Source: the human T2T-CHM13v2.0 reference genome, Homo sapiens
Length of the DNA: 64,000 nt
Reading direction: 5' to 3' (one strand)
Assembly (NCBI RefSeq): GCF_009914755.1
Contig: NC_060932.1
Position numbers and translations under genes: made by a program. A model generated the notes under the pieces. That model ran no database searches. It saw nothing but the letters and a program-made list of their open reading frames with translations, and was not told the origin of the DNA. Shown here piece after piece: positions 26,150-38,044 of the stretch (positions are counted from its first letter, which is position 1; each line of letters begins with the position of its first letter).

Positions 26150-27350
26150 CACAATGCTAAACTCAACTTAATGTTCTCCTTTACTGAAGATCTTTCAGTG
26201 ACCTCTTCTTTTTTGTGGGGTAAAAGGCCAAATTCTAAAAATGGCTTACAGCACCCCTCATAGCCTGGTCCTTTACTATCTCTCATCTTCAACTACTCAG
26301 AACTTTTCCATTTATATGAAAATGAACTGACAATAGACAGATTAATGAGAGAAAATGTTTATAGATTTATTTAATGTGCTTATAGCATGGGAGAATCACA
26401 GCAGAATGATTATCCAATAACCTAATGAGGTCTGGATGCTTATATATCAGTCTTCATAGGGCAACAGGACATAAGGGCCGAATGAGTGAATAATTTTCAG
26501 GAAAAATGAGTGAGCCCAAAGAGCAATGGTTTGGGACAAAGTTCCTCTGAGCTCTGGGGAAGGTAGCAAGAAGGTAAGGGGTGGAAGTTCACTGTGAACA
26601 AAAGTTGTCTTATTAGGCAGATAAAGCCTTCCAGGAAATCTCTTAGAGCTGCTCTCAGAAAAATAGATGAAAGTGTTTCTGGGCATGGTGACAACTCCTA
26701 CTCTCTTCTCTTCTCCATGCTAAATCTTTTCTGGTAATTTGATGAGATTCCTAAGGAGAGGGTCTTAAGACAGTTGCATTTCTTTTGAAAGAAAGTTTTC
26801 TTAGTCAGATAAAGAAATTCCAGAGAGACAGAGAGAGTTCCTCTTACTTGGGGGAAAATAAGAAAAACAGAGAGACAGGGATACAGGGAAAGGTCAGAAA
26901 GAGACCGTGGAACTGCGTCTTTAGTTCAACATGTCAGAGAGCCATATTTTGGAATACTGTTTTCTGAGCCCCAAAATATAAGAAGCACATTCAGCACATT
27001 TGGCTCTGCCGTCCCATCAATCTGGAATTCTCTTTTCCAGATATCCATATGACTTTCTTTTCACTTCCTTCGGGGATCTTCTTAAAATTCACCTTACCAA
27101 GTCTTCTTTGACTACTAAGCATGAAACAGTAATACTTCGTTTCTTCTCTGGTACTCCTCACAATGTTTCACTTCATAGCCCTTAACATCACCTAATATAA
27201 AAGATGTTTATTTGTTTAATGATTGTTTCTCCGCACTAAACTGTAAGCCCCATAAAGCCCAGGATGTTTATATTTTTGATTCACTGTTACAACATAGGCA
27301 CCTGGCATACTAACTTTTTTGCAGTGAGAACTCAAAAAATTGGGATAAAT
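26150..27350 (+). mobile_element. L2 split by an ERV1 LTR (pieces ~26150-26305 and ~26980-27350)
   Basis: L2 motifs ATGGCTTACAGCACCCTCATAGCCTGGTCC and CACTAAACTGTAAGCCCCATAAAGCCCAGGA...GCACCTGGCATA. Confidence 0.7.
26310..26975 (-). mobile_element. ERV1 (MER4-group; MER34/MER39-like) solo LTR
   Basis: Ends TTAGTTCAACATGTCAGAGAGCCATATTTTGGAATACTGTTTTCTGAGCCCCAAA, the reverse of the typical TGTTGGGGCTCAGAAAAC start. Confidence 0.7.
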
Positions 27351-27829
27351 GCTTTGCATTTCTCTTTCATTTATATTTTGTGGTTTCCCAGAGCACAAAC
27401 ACTTGTGCAGTGAGGTCTGAAGTTCTTTCATGATTGCCTAAAAGCTCCATTAGAAAAATTCTCCTCTACAGATCTCAGGTTTTCAGCCCTGGTCATGAGA
27501 CGGTATTCATTATTTTCTTGAAGTAATTTTATTTCAGGAGCTTTCCCTGCCATGGACCTTCAGGAGACAACTCTAATCCATCTCATTAGGTTTAGGTAAC
27601 TTCAGATCTGAAGTAGCAAAAGTTGATTACTTTCTTTCCTTCTTGTGGAAAGGTTTGTTTACCAGGAAATGATAACCTTACCTGAATTATAAAAAGCTCC
27701 ATATTTGCCTAAGAGAAATACTTAAATAAGCCTTCAAATAAAGGTAGATTACTTCAATTAAAAAACCCCCACAGCCTATTATCTGCTACATGTATACATA
27801 TGTATATTTTAATTTATTTAACAGGATTA

Positions 27830-28450
27830 TAATTTATTATTCTTCATTCAACTGGCTTTCTTTACCTAATCTATTATTAACATTTTCCATGTCAGCACAT
27901 AAAGGGTTGATTTATTCTCTTTAATATTTGCTTAGTTGCCATTTTATTTTTAAACTCTCCCATTGATTTCCATTCACGGATCTTTTCACATCACTGCAGA
28001 GAACATCCTTGTACATACACCTTTAAACTGCCATTTTCCGAAGAAAATATTAAAGGTAAAATCTCTGACCAAAGTGTATAAACATTTAAAATTAGTTTTA
28101 TTGTTAAATTATCTCCAGATAACTGCCAATTTATACCCATGCCAATAATGTAAATGACTTCATAGTGTCCTATATTCTCACCATCATTGGGCATCATTGT
28201 TTTTAATCTTTTTCATCTGATAGCAATGATTATTTAATTTTGCATTTTATATTTTATTTTGCAGTTATTTGATTAATTGTAAAGTTGGGTATGTTTCTTA
28301 TTTATATTATCTATTTTTATTTCTTCTGTTACAAATTTATTCTTTATAAACCTTTCTAATTTTTCTAATAAGGTGATTCACTTTTTAGTACATAAGTTTT
28401 GGAAATATTTCACGTATATAGAATCAAGCCAGTTATTTAAATCATGTGTG
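27830..28450 (-). mobile_element. L1ME-like relic
   Basis: TTTTCCATGTCAGCACATA, GAACATCCTTGTACATAC and TGCCAATTTATACCCATGCCAATAATG are degenerate L1M motifs. Confidence 0.55.
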
Positions 28451-29079
28451 TGTTTATCTATTTGTTGATTATCTGAGCTATGGAATTCTAGAAGAGTTTT
28501 TCAAAGAGTTCTATTATCACTGTGGCTTTGTTCAGTTCTCATTATATTCATAACAGCTTTTGCTTTGTGTATTACAATGCAAGGTTATTTGATACATAAA
28601 GGTTAAGATGTTTGTATATTTTTGATGGGTTTTAATTCATTGGCTGGGCAGTTTCTACACTACTGAGTCATTAAACATTTTAGTTCCAAAATGTGATATA
28701 TCTTGTAGTTGTCTTAAGAAGTCAAGGTTGTTCTAAAGTTTTGGCGCACATAAAGTCTTTTTTCTTTGTTTTTGCTCTGTTTCATGAGTTTCTTTTTTAT
28801 CATAGAGGGGATTTCTGTAAAGTGTGGTTTCTTCTTTCCTGGATTTCTCTATTCCCCACTTTCAAACTCCTATTCTTAACTAACTCTTTCCAATAAGCCT
28901 ATAATCTTACTAATGATAACTTTAATCAAATAAAAGGAAACAAATGCAAGGAAACCAAAAAATAACTCCCCTCCCTAATTCCTTACTTAAACTTTTTGGA
29001 TTTTTGTAGTCAAGTTACACAAAAGATCATCTTTAAATTCACAAGTTCCTCATAGTCACCTTTTTTTTCTATCTCTCCC

Positions 29080-29500
29080 CCTAAAATCTGGGCTCCTTCC
29101 TCACCTTGCTATGGAATCTACTCAGGGAAAAGTTACCAGTTACAATTAAATTATCACACCCAACTATTTCTTGTCAGGATTTATATTACTTGATCTTTTC
29201 TGCATTTAAGACCATTTAACTCTCTTGGGGAAATACTTTTATCCCTTGACTTTTACCACATACTCACTTTTTGGACTCCTTTGCCACCTGTGTTTCCTCA
29301 GTATGCCCTTTACACACCCACGCTCACCTGAATGTATGGCTGCATCCACCCATATGTGGATCATCCTGAGATCTGTATCTGTGACGTAAAATTCTCTCCT
29401 GAACTCCAAACACACAGAATGCTGGACAGTCTATGTGGATATTTCAAAAGAAGCTGAGAAAAAACACATAAAACTGAACTTATTGTCTTTCCTCCATTGC
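29080..29500 (+). mobile_element. L2 internal fragment
   Basis: CTCTCCTGAACTCCAAAC...AAAACTGAACTTATTGTCTTTCCTCC resembles L2 ORF2 3' region. Confidence 0.55.
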
Positions 29501-30788
29501 ACTTGATGCAGATTTCTCAATAGCATGTGAAATTCTCTGTTATATCTATTGGATTGTAAGCTGGTACCCTTTTACTACATCAGTGATATTCAAATAGGGG
29601 ACTGGGGGGATGTGAGGATCCATAGTCTTTGAGACCCTTAAGGTGGTAATACCTCCAGTTTGGAACTCACTTCTGGAATGTCTTTCCCTTATAGAATGTG
29701 GAAGCAGGAAAAAAAAAGGGAGAGGGGAGAATGAATGTCATGGATAATAAATGCTTGAAGGCAGAAACTGAGAGTTATTAATGTTTTGAAGCTAACACAG
29801 TACCTGTAGCATGTTAACTAGTCAGTACATGCTTATTGTATTATACTGAACCTAATCTTCATTAAACATTACTTGTAGCCTGAGACTTGGTTGACTGATA
29901 GGAGAAAGAAACCAACATTTGTCATGGATAATCCCAATTCTAAACAATAGAAAACAAAAAGTTTCCTACAAAATTGAGAATTTTTCTAATTTGATTGTCT
30001 CTAGGAAAAATTTTTTGAAATAAAAAAGATAGTCATAATCTTCATTATTTAATTTTACATTGTCAAGGAATAAAATTTATTGGCACGTTTAACTTGCAGA
30101 TTTGTCAACTTTTTTATTGGCATGCAAAAATATGTCATATTTTTTGACCCTAGTGTTTCTGCTTTCTCTTTAAACACTGTTGATTCTTTTATTGAGTGCC
30201 CTAAAATGTTCTGCCAGTTTTAAACCCAGGAGGCTGGTACCCCATCTGTTTAACTGGAAACCATTTAATCCAAACTGACACTTCTCTTCTTAGGAGGTAT
30301 TTCCAATGATCTGTGAGACCAAAACTTTCCGTTCTGTGCACATATATCTCTGGATCTGACAACATGTTGACCATGTTGGGGCAAATGCCCAGATGCCCTT
30401 GACACCATGGAGGTTGGCTAAATTCTGGCCAACCCTCAACAATAGAATTCTAGTAAAGAGCAAGTCACCCACAAAGAAAGAGGCTATCTGGGAATCTAAT
30501 TTGGTGCAAATCACACCATTCACATCCTGCTGTGAAGCTAAAGGGAATCTTATGGGTTTAGGTCAGATATAATCCAACCTATAGTATAATAATCCGGATT
30601 TGTTCCAGAATCCCAGGCTCTTCAATGTGGCATTTATAATCGAGAATACACCTACAGATTGGTGTAGAACCAGACTGATTTTTTTTTTTGAATTTCAGTT
30701 ACATTGGGATTCTCCTTGCTGTATGAACTTCTTAGGTGAAACTCTGTGAGCTTCCTAGGGAACTTCTATTTTAAGATTAAGGGTTCTT

Positions 30789-31127
<339 letters not shown>

Positions 31128-31492
31128 TTACCTTCTTTTTGTAAAGATTATGATTATTGCATTAAAAACTTCTGTTTTAGTCTTTTAATAATCTCTGGTA
31201 TCTGGATATTGTTTTATTATTTTTTTAGACTAAATATTATGTACCAAGATATACTGTGACTGAAAGCTAATTAGTCCATTTAAGCATCTGCAACTACTTA
31301 ATCCTTTGTTCTGCGATTTGTGACTGGAAGAAAGGGTCCTGTTTACTCATTACTAGTTTCACAAAAAGATTACTTATTATGTTGTTGTTGAAGCATAGTT
31401 GCTTCTTGTCCATTTTTATAGCTCCCCAGTCTTACATTAATTTTTCCCTTTGCCAAAGAATAACTGGTTTGTATAAATGGAGCCAAAGTTTG

Positions 31493-31605
31493 CTTGCTTC
31501 CTTCCTTCCTTTCCATCATTCCTTCCTTCTTTCCTTCCTTCCTTCCTTCCTTCCTTCCTTCCTTCCTTCCTTCCTTCCTTCTCTCTCTCTCTCTCTCTTT
31601 CTCTC
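31493..31605. repeat. (CTTC)n + (CT)n compound microsatellite derived from an Alu tail
   Basis: Read directly; abuts the 3' end of the minus-strand AluJ. Confidence 0.95.
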
Positions 31606-31865
31606 TTTGAGACAGGATGCCTTGCTCTGTTACTCAGGCTGGAATGCAGTGGTGCGATCATAGCCCATTGTAACCTTGAACTCCTAGAACCCCTGGGTTC
31701 AAGTGATCCTCTAGCCTCATCCTCCCAAGTAGCTAGGACTATGAGCACCCACCACCATGGGCAGCTAATTTCTTTTGTTTTTGTAGAGATAAGGTCTCCC
31801 TGTGTTGCCCAGGCTAGTCTTGAAACTCCTGGCCTCAAGTGATCCAGCCTCAGCCTCCTAAAGCA
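31606..31865 (-). mobile_element. AluJ lacking its first ~35 nt
   Basis: GATCATAGCCCATTGTAACCTTGAACTCC..CAAGTGATCCTC; TTTGTAGAGATAAGGTCTCCCTGTGTTGCCCAGGCT. Confidence 0.9.
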
Positions 31866-33679
31866 ATGGATATTTCTCTTAATACATTTTGTATCCTTTC
31901 TATTATTTTACAGTCTTCATTTTATGCAATTCCATCATCTTTTGTATCTTAGTGCGTGTTTCAGTCAATATATCATTGAATGCATTTCCTAAATATTATA
32001 ACCTTAAAATTTATTTTACAAATGCCTCAACCTTTCCTCCTTCCCCTAAAAGTCTCCTTCTCTGTGATACACTTATTGTTTCTCTATGGGCTTCAGTTTT
32101 GTGACCACTGAATGGTACACATCAGACTCCTTGGGGACAAAGTAGGTGAGTTTTCATCTCCCAAAACACTTACTTTAATACATAAATTATTCTATGGAGG
32201 TCTGTGACTTTCTTGCTCTTACTATTTTTGTTTTATTTGATTCAGGTGTGACCTTAATGGCACATTAGTTTAGGCAACTTGCCTTATTATTGGAATTTCC
32301 CAAATTTGTGGAAGAGATTAGGAGGATATGTGATTATCAAAGTGAAGAGAAGAATCATGTTTACCAAGACATAAGCCCTAGAGTATTTCCAAATTGAGGC
32401 ATAAAAGGTGGAATAAAATAGAGTAACTTATGTAGAGCCACTTTCCTCCCTCCCCCATATGCATACTCTACTAGCAGAAGTTTGCTCTCCTATCACATAG
32501 GCTCCCTAACATTCCACTGTGTCCACCATGCCTAGAATTCCAAGCTGCTCTTGTTTTTGTCTTTTTGTTTTGTCCAACCCTCATGACCCCATGAATCTAA
32601 AAAATATACCTCTTAACAAACCGTGGCAGCTTTTATCAGATAAAATTTAATTTTATTAGGTGGCAAATAACCTATATAACCTCTAATAAAGGAGCTGGGA
32701 AGAATTATGCATGAGGGTACTCATAGTCTATCTTCCTCTCCCCCATCTCCCAGCATGCATATACATACTCAAACAGTAAAAATCAACGTATTTCCAAATA
32801 TCTGACTTATTCATTTATTCATTTACCACTTTCAACAATGGAGCAACTTTATGTGCCAGCCCTGTTTTTGTATTGGACACACAGTGATAAATATAAATAA
32901 AAATAAAAAGAGAGGCAAGTGCTACCCTAAATTTTAAAAAATGTTCACCAGCATGATTTGTAATATTTCATCTTATTGATTCTCAGGTAAAAAAACTAAA
33001 ATGAGAAGTTGAGAACAGAAATCTTGACTAGAAGGTAAGCCCAAATTTGGCAGTTTAATAAAAATGTTAACATATAATTGAATATAAAAATAAATATAAG
33101 AATATAGCATAGTTCTTGGTCCAGAGAAAGTAGTTGACAAATATCCATTTTTCTATTATATTATTGCTATTAATACTAAATCATATTTTTTGCAACCAAA
33201 ACATTTAGAAACTATATTTTGTTATTCATTAAATGATTAATCTTCTCCTCTTGCTAAGATACTTAAAAATCTTAATTATAAGAAAGAGAATTAAGACACT
33301 GAATTTAGTGCCTACTTGTTCTACTAAAATAGTCTTATGTGGGTGTAGAAGTTTTGAAAGTTTTGGAACTGCACAGCATAGTTTGAAGAAGCTGACATCT
33401 TGACAAACTCTGTATTTCAGAGGTTTGGATGAGATTTTAATTCACAAGAAAAGATGCTGAGATAAATATCTTAGTTTGTAAACCCCTAAACTTTACATCT
33501 TTCTTAATTTGTTCTTCCTGTATTTCAAATATCTTCATCACAAAACAAAATGGCCTTACGTGGCCACTCATATTCGCTGAACATTTTTCTATGCTTTTGT
33601 AGAACCCAGTATTGTTTTCAAGACACTTTTCACATTTTAAAAATTATATACTGGTATAATTAATAGACTAAGATCTAAT

Positions 33680-33805
33680 TTCTCCATCAGACTACAAACT
33701 CAGGAAGGAACTGGGTCTGTCTTTTAATCCCAGTTGGATCTCCAAGTCTAGCATAATGCATGACATCCAGTAGGTTTTCTATAAATACTTATCAAATAAC
33801 TGAAA
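33680..33805 (+). mobile_element. L2 3' end
   Basis: AGACTACAAACTCAGGAAGG...CTAGCATAATGCATGACATCCAGTAGG...ATAAATACTT. Confidence 0.6.
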
Positions 33806-33971
33806 TTTATAAGTCTTATTTCTTGGCCCATGCATTTGATATTCATGACACATAACTAGAAAAACTACGGATTTCAAAAAATATGGATTTCTTTAGGTGC
33901 CTCTCAGCTACTGGTGGAAATACTGGAAGATTTAAGATTTTATTTTACCAATTTCCATTCACGTTAGTCCT

Positions 33972-34100
33972 GTCATTCAATCATTCATTCAGCAGTATTT
34001 CTTGAGTGCCTACCATGTGCCAGGCACTGTTTCCAGAGCTGGGAAGAGTCAGTGAAGGAAAGACAAGGGCTTGTCTTTATAGAGCTTCCATTTTGGGAAC
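33972..34100 (-). mobile_element. L2 3' end
   Basis: CATTCATTCAGCAGTATTTCTTGAGTGCCTACCATGTGCCAGGCACTGT. Confidence 0.8.
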
Positions 34101-35449
34101 AGCTGTTTCGTGGATCAATGCCTTTAAATATTAATACCAAGATGCAGCAAAACTTTATTGTAAGGTCCAGTATTTCTAGCTGTCTTAGTTTTAAAGAGGT
34201 TTCTTGCCCAAAATAAATATTTACGTCTAACAATTCACACCTGACAGCATCACCCCATTGAATCTCCCCAAACAGTCTTGCCCTCCTCTTAGTTAGACCA
34301 GAGGGTAGAAGCCTCCAGGCTTCACGTGCCATCTCAGGACTAGCAGCTTAGAAAACAACTGTTCAGTATGGGTATCTTTTTCTACAGACTTTCCCAGTAT
34401 TCTTTCAGACTCGGTTTCTGTTTTTGTTTACTCTGTGGTACCTTCACTGTGTACCTCAGGCTACTGGCAGAAATAAGCATCACTTAAAAAGTAATTTAGG
34501 AAATAAGTATACTCCCCCTAGGGTGCAAATAAAAGGAAAAGTTGTGGTAAACAGCTAATGTAAGCAAAAGGTGCCTTGGGGGAACCCTAAGAGTCACTTC
34601 TTTCAAACCAGCAATAACTTCTGGTGCTATTGGTCCTGAGGCAGCAGCCGTCAACATTGTTTAAAAAAGCTCCCTTATGGTCTTCTCATTAATTAACTAC
34701 ACTGTTTGTTGATTCTAGATTGATTCAGTTTGTTCTCTGGAGAGTGTCTGTGGAAACTCAGTAATGCCTTGATGCAAAATTTCATCTTCAGGCCCTAAAT
34801 TCCCAAGGTGGTGGTTTACCGGGACGTATAGAAGACGAAGCGAAAACGAGAATTTGTTAGATAAAAATGATAATCAAAATATTTTAAATTCAGATGTAAT
34901 TTTTGAAGATTTTCCCCACAGAGCTAAAAAATTACCTGAAGCAAAGTTTGACTGACAGGCCAGCTTAACAAACACAACAAGACAAATGGCATGCAAAACA
35001 GATAGGGACGTATTTGTTGCTAATTACTTGAGAAAGCATTTTAATTAAGTTGTTTGCCAATTAATGCCTCATTTTTAACATTCCATAAATATTTAAACAC
35101 GTTTCATAAACTTTTCCTTCTTATGGAAACATTTGCAAATGTTATTATGGAGTTTCTTTGGGAATCTCATAACAGAAAAATTGTATAGTTTAGAAGATTC
35201 TATTTGCCATTTTCATAAATAAGTAAATTATTATCTTTAAAAAATCTTGGTAGCCATTATATTTTAAAATAGTCTATCTGCATAATCTCTTTTTCTATGT
35301 TATGCCATGAAGAGTGGATGAATATAGGCTGCATATTGTTTTGATCTTGTCATAAAATTTGAAAATAACATGAGGGCATAGAGAATAGTATGTTCAAATT
35401 GAATCTTTTAGTTAAAAAATGCAAGAAAATGATTTCTGATAATTTCTTA

Positions 35450-35596
35450 TTTTTTATTTATTATTAAAAAAATTTTTTTTTGTAGAGATGGGATCCCACT
35501 ATGTTGCCCAGGCTGGTCTCACCCTGCCCTCAAGTGATCCTCCCACCTTGGCCTCCTAAAGTGCTAGAATTGAGGTGTGAACCACTGTGCCCAGCC
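35450..35596 (-). mobile_element. Free left Alu monomer (FLAM)
   Basis: Left arm only, with its own tail and TSD GATAATTTCTTA (35438-35449 / 35599-35610). Confidence 0.88.
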
Positions 35597-35902
35597 CAGA
35601 TAATTTCTTAACATTCAATAAATAACAATTATTCATATTTAAATCATCTTCAACCTAAAACATACAAAATGCTACTTTCCCAACTAAAATAAAACAAAAT
35701 ATAATATATGCAAGCAAAACAGAAAATTTTCACTGGTACCAAGTTTGGACTTAACTTGTAATATAGACTATCATAAACTCAACCAAAAATATCTCAAGCA
35801 TTTAGCTTCTCTCTTTACTTATTTACCTTTTCATTGGTACAATTATGCTTATGCTTATTGCTTACTTCAAATGATTTTCATGAAACTAATAGATGAGAAT
35901 AG

Positions 35903-36523
35903 TGATATCAAACCAACAGGCTCATATGTTCACTGAGCAGTAACAGATCAATTACACTGAGACAGCAGGGTTTACAGCAGAAAAAGAGTTTAATATCTTA
36001 GGGCACTGAGTAAGGAGATAGGAGGAGACTCTCAAATCTATCTCCCTGGAAAGTTCTGGGCTGGAGCTTCTAAGGGAATTCTAGGAGGTGAAGGGATGGA
36101 AAATTGGGGTCATTGATTGGTTGGTGTAAGGGGTATGAAATTAGCAGGATGTGATAACTGCATTCTTTGGTGAGTCAGCTTCTCATGGGGTCCTTCGGAC
36201 CAACTGACATCAGTAGTTTCACAGGTATGCAGAGCCTGAAAGAATATCTCAGATGAAAAACTTAGCATTCTATAATGTTCAAGTTGTTATCTACGGAGCA
36301 GTTAAGGGGAACTTTTAACAGGATCTATATGATTCTGAGGCAATCAGCACTAAACAGCTATGAGGAAGCAGGTCAGAGAACAGGCTGAACTCATGCTGAA
36401 TTTGCTGCAAGCTGGATTTATTTTAGCTTCTCCCCCTCCTTTCTTCCCTGAATAAAGTTCAGGGAAGTTTATATACTTTAAATAGGGGAGTTAAAAATTT
36501 ATAAAGTTTATAGGGATGGGACC
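35903..36523 (-). mobile_element. ERV1 solo LTR (LTR26-like)
   Basis: The reverse complement reads CCCTATAAACTTTATAA...CAGGGAAGAAAGGAGGGGGAGAAG...TTGCAGCA, resembling the LTR26 start; ATTAAA poly(A) signal near the other end. Confidence 0.75.
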
Positions 36524-37543
36524 ATAAGCTTAACATTTAGCCAGAGGATTACGGGCACACACTCCTTCATCAGCACAGGCATTTTCTTATCTAATACATT
36601 GACCATGTAATAAATCTCCAAGAGGAAAGGCCTGATCTATCTGGAAGGGGAATGATTAGCACATTTGCTAACTGATCAGCTGTGTAATATGTTAGGCAGC
36701 AGCAAAGGAAGGATCCCCTATTATTCATTGAATAATGAATTTCCATTCATTTATTCAATGGAAATCAGAGGGGAGGGAAAGGGGTTTCAAGGGAGTTTTT
36801 CTTATAATGAAATGTTTTATCCTTCAGGGGCTATGGGAGTAAGTAGGGCTGATTGAGAGAGGTGAAGGGGAGGAGTTACGGAGGCCCCATGAGAAAACCT
36901 GCATTTGTGCAGGAACTTGGGGATAGTAGAATAGCATCTAGTGGCCCATGACAAGGGTTTCTAGGCCACTTATACTCCATTTATAGGTCACTGCCCCAGC
37001 ATGGGAAAAGCCAAATTGTACCCGTACCCAAATGAAAGAGTTGGATAGTAATAACAAAAAGACTGAGGCATAATAGGAACTCAGCTATGTAAATTGTAGT
37101 AACTTGGTTGAGGTAGTCCTGTGACCATGTAAGTTTTATTGTTGCTGTTTAGATGAAAATTAAAAGGAAAGATAATTGTGAGCACAATCAATGGAGAAGA
37201 TTATCATTTTCAAGTATCCATTAAATTTGCCACATATGACTTTTGGGGAAAGGATGGGGTAAAGGAGTTATTGGGCCACCCAGTGCCTCAGTCTCCTAGA
37301 ATTTCTTTTTGCTTTGTAGTGATAGAAGTAAGGCATTTGGGGTTATGTGGATGTTGACACACTTCATACTCATCTTAAATGAGTTGAATGACATTATCTC
37401 TTATTTTCAGCCTGTTTAGCTTTTTCATTTTAAATATTTTAGTCATCTTGAACTTATAGTTTAACTAGAGTTTAATTAGAAATGAAATTTCAAGTTGTCT
37501 TGAAACCATAGGGGAAAAACAAGAAAGAAAGAGAAAATTATCA

Positions 37544-38044
37544 TGTAATGGTTAATTTTATGTGTCAACTTGACTGGGCCATGAGATACCCATATATCTA
37601 GGTAAACATTATTTCTGGGTGTATCTTTGAGGATATTTCTGAATAAAATTAGCATTTGAATTGGTGGGTAGAGTAAAGCAGATGGCCTTCTCCAATGTGT
37701 GTGGACATCATCCAATCTATTGAGGGCCTGAATAGAATGAAAAGGTGGAAGCAGACTGAATTCTCTCTCTGCCTGACTACCTGAGCTAGCACATTGATCC
37801 TCTATCCTCAGCACCCCTGGTTCTCAGAACTTCAGACTGAGACTGGAATTTATACCATTTCCCCTCCACCTCTCAGACCTCTCAGACCTTTAAACTTGAA
37901 CACTGACCTTCCTGTGTCACCAACTTACAGACTGCAGATTGTGTACCCTATCAGTCTCTGTAATCATAATCCAATACTTCATCATGACAATAATTGCATA
38001 CGGATATATATTTTCTGTTTTTCTAGAGAAGCATGACTAATGCA
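37544..38044 (+). mobile_element. MLT2 5' LTR of an ERVL provirus
   Basis: Starts TGTAATGGTTAATTTTATGTGTCAACTTGACTGGGCCA and ends GACTAATGCA; preceded by TATCA (TSD with GATCA at 42323-42327). Confidence 0.93.

Noticed and set aside
31379-31842. Overlapping 94-133 aa ORFs with LPSF/EGRK repeats
   Set aside because: Artefact of the stop-free (CTTC)n microsatellite plus Alu.
32988-33040. Possible short exon ending AAG|GTAAGC
   Set aside because: Weak acceptor and an in-frame stop; likely chance.
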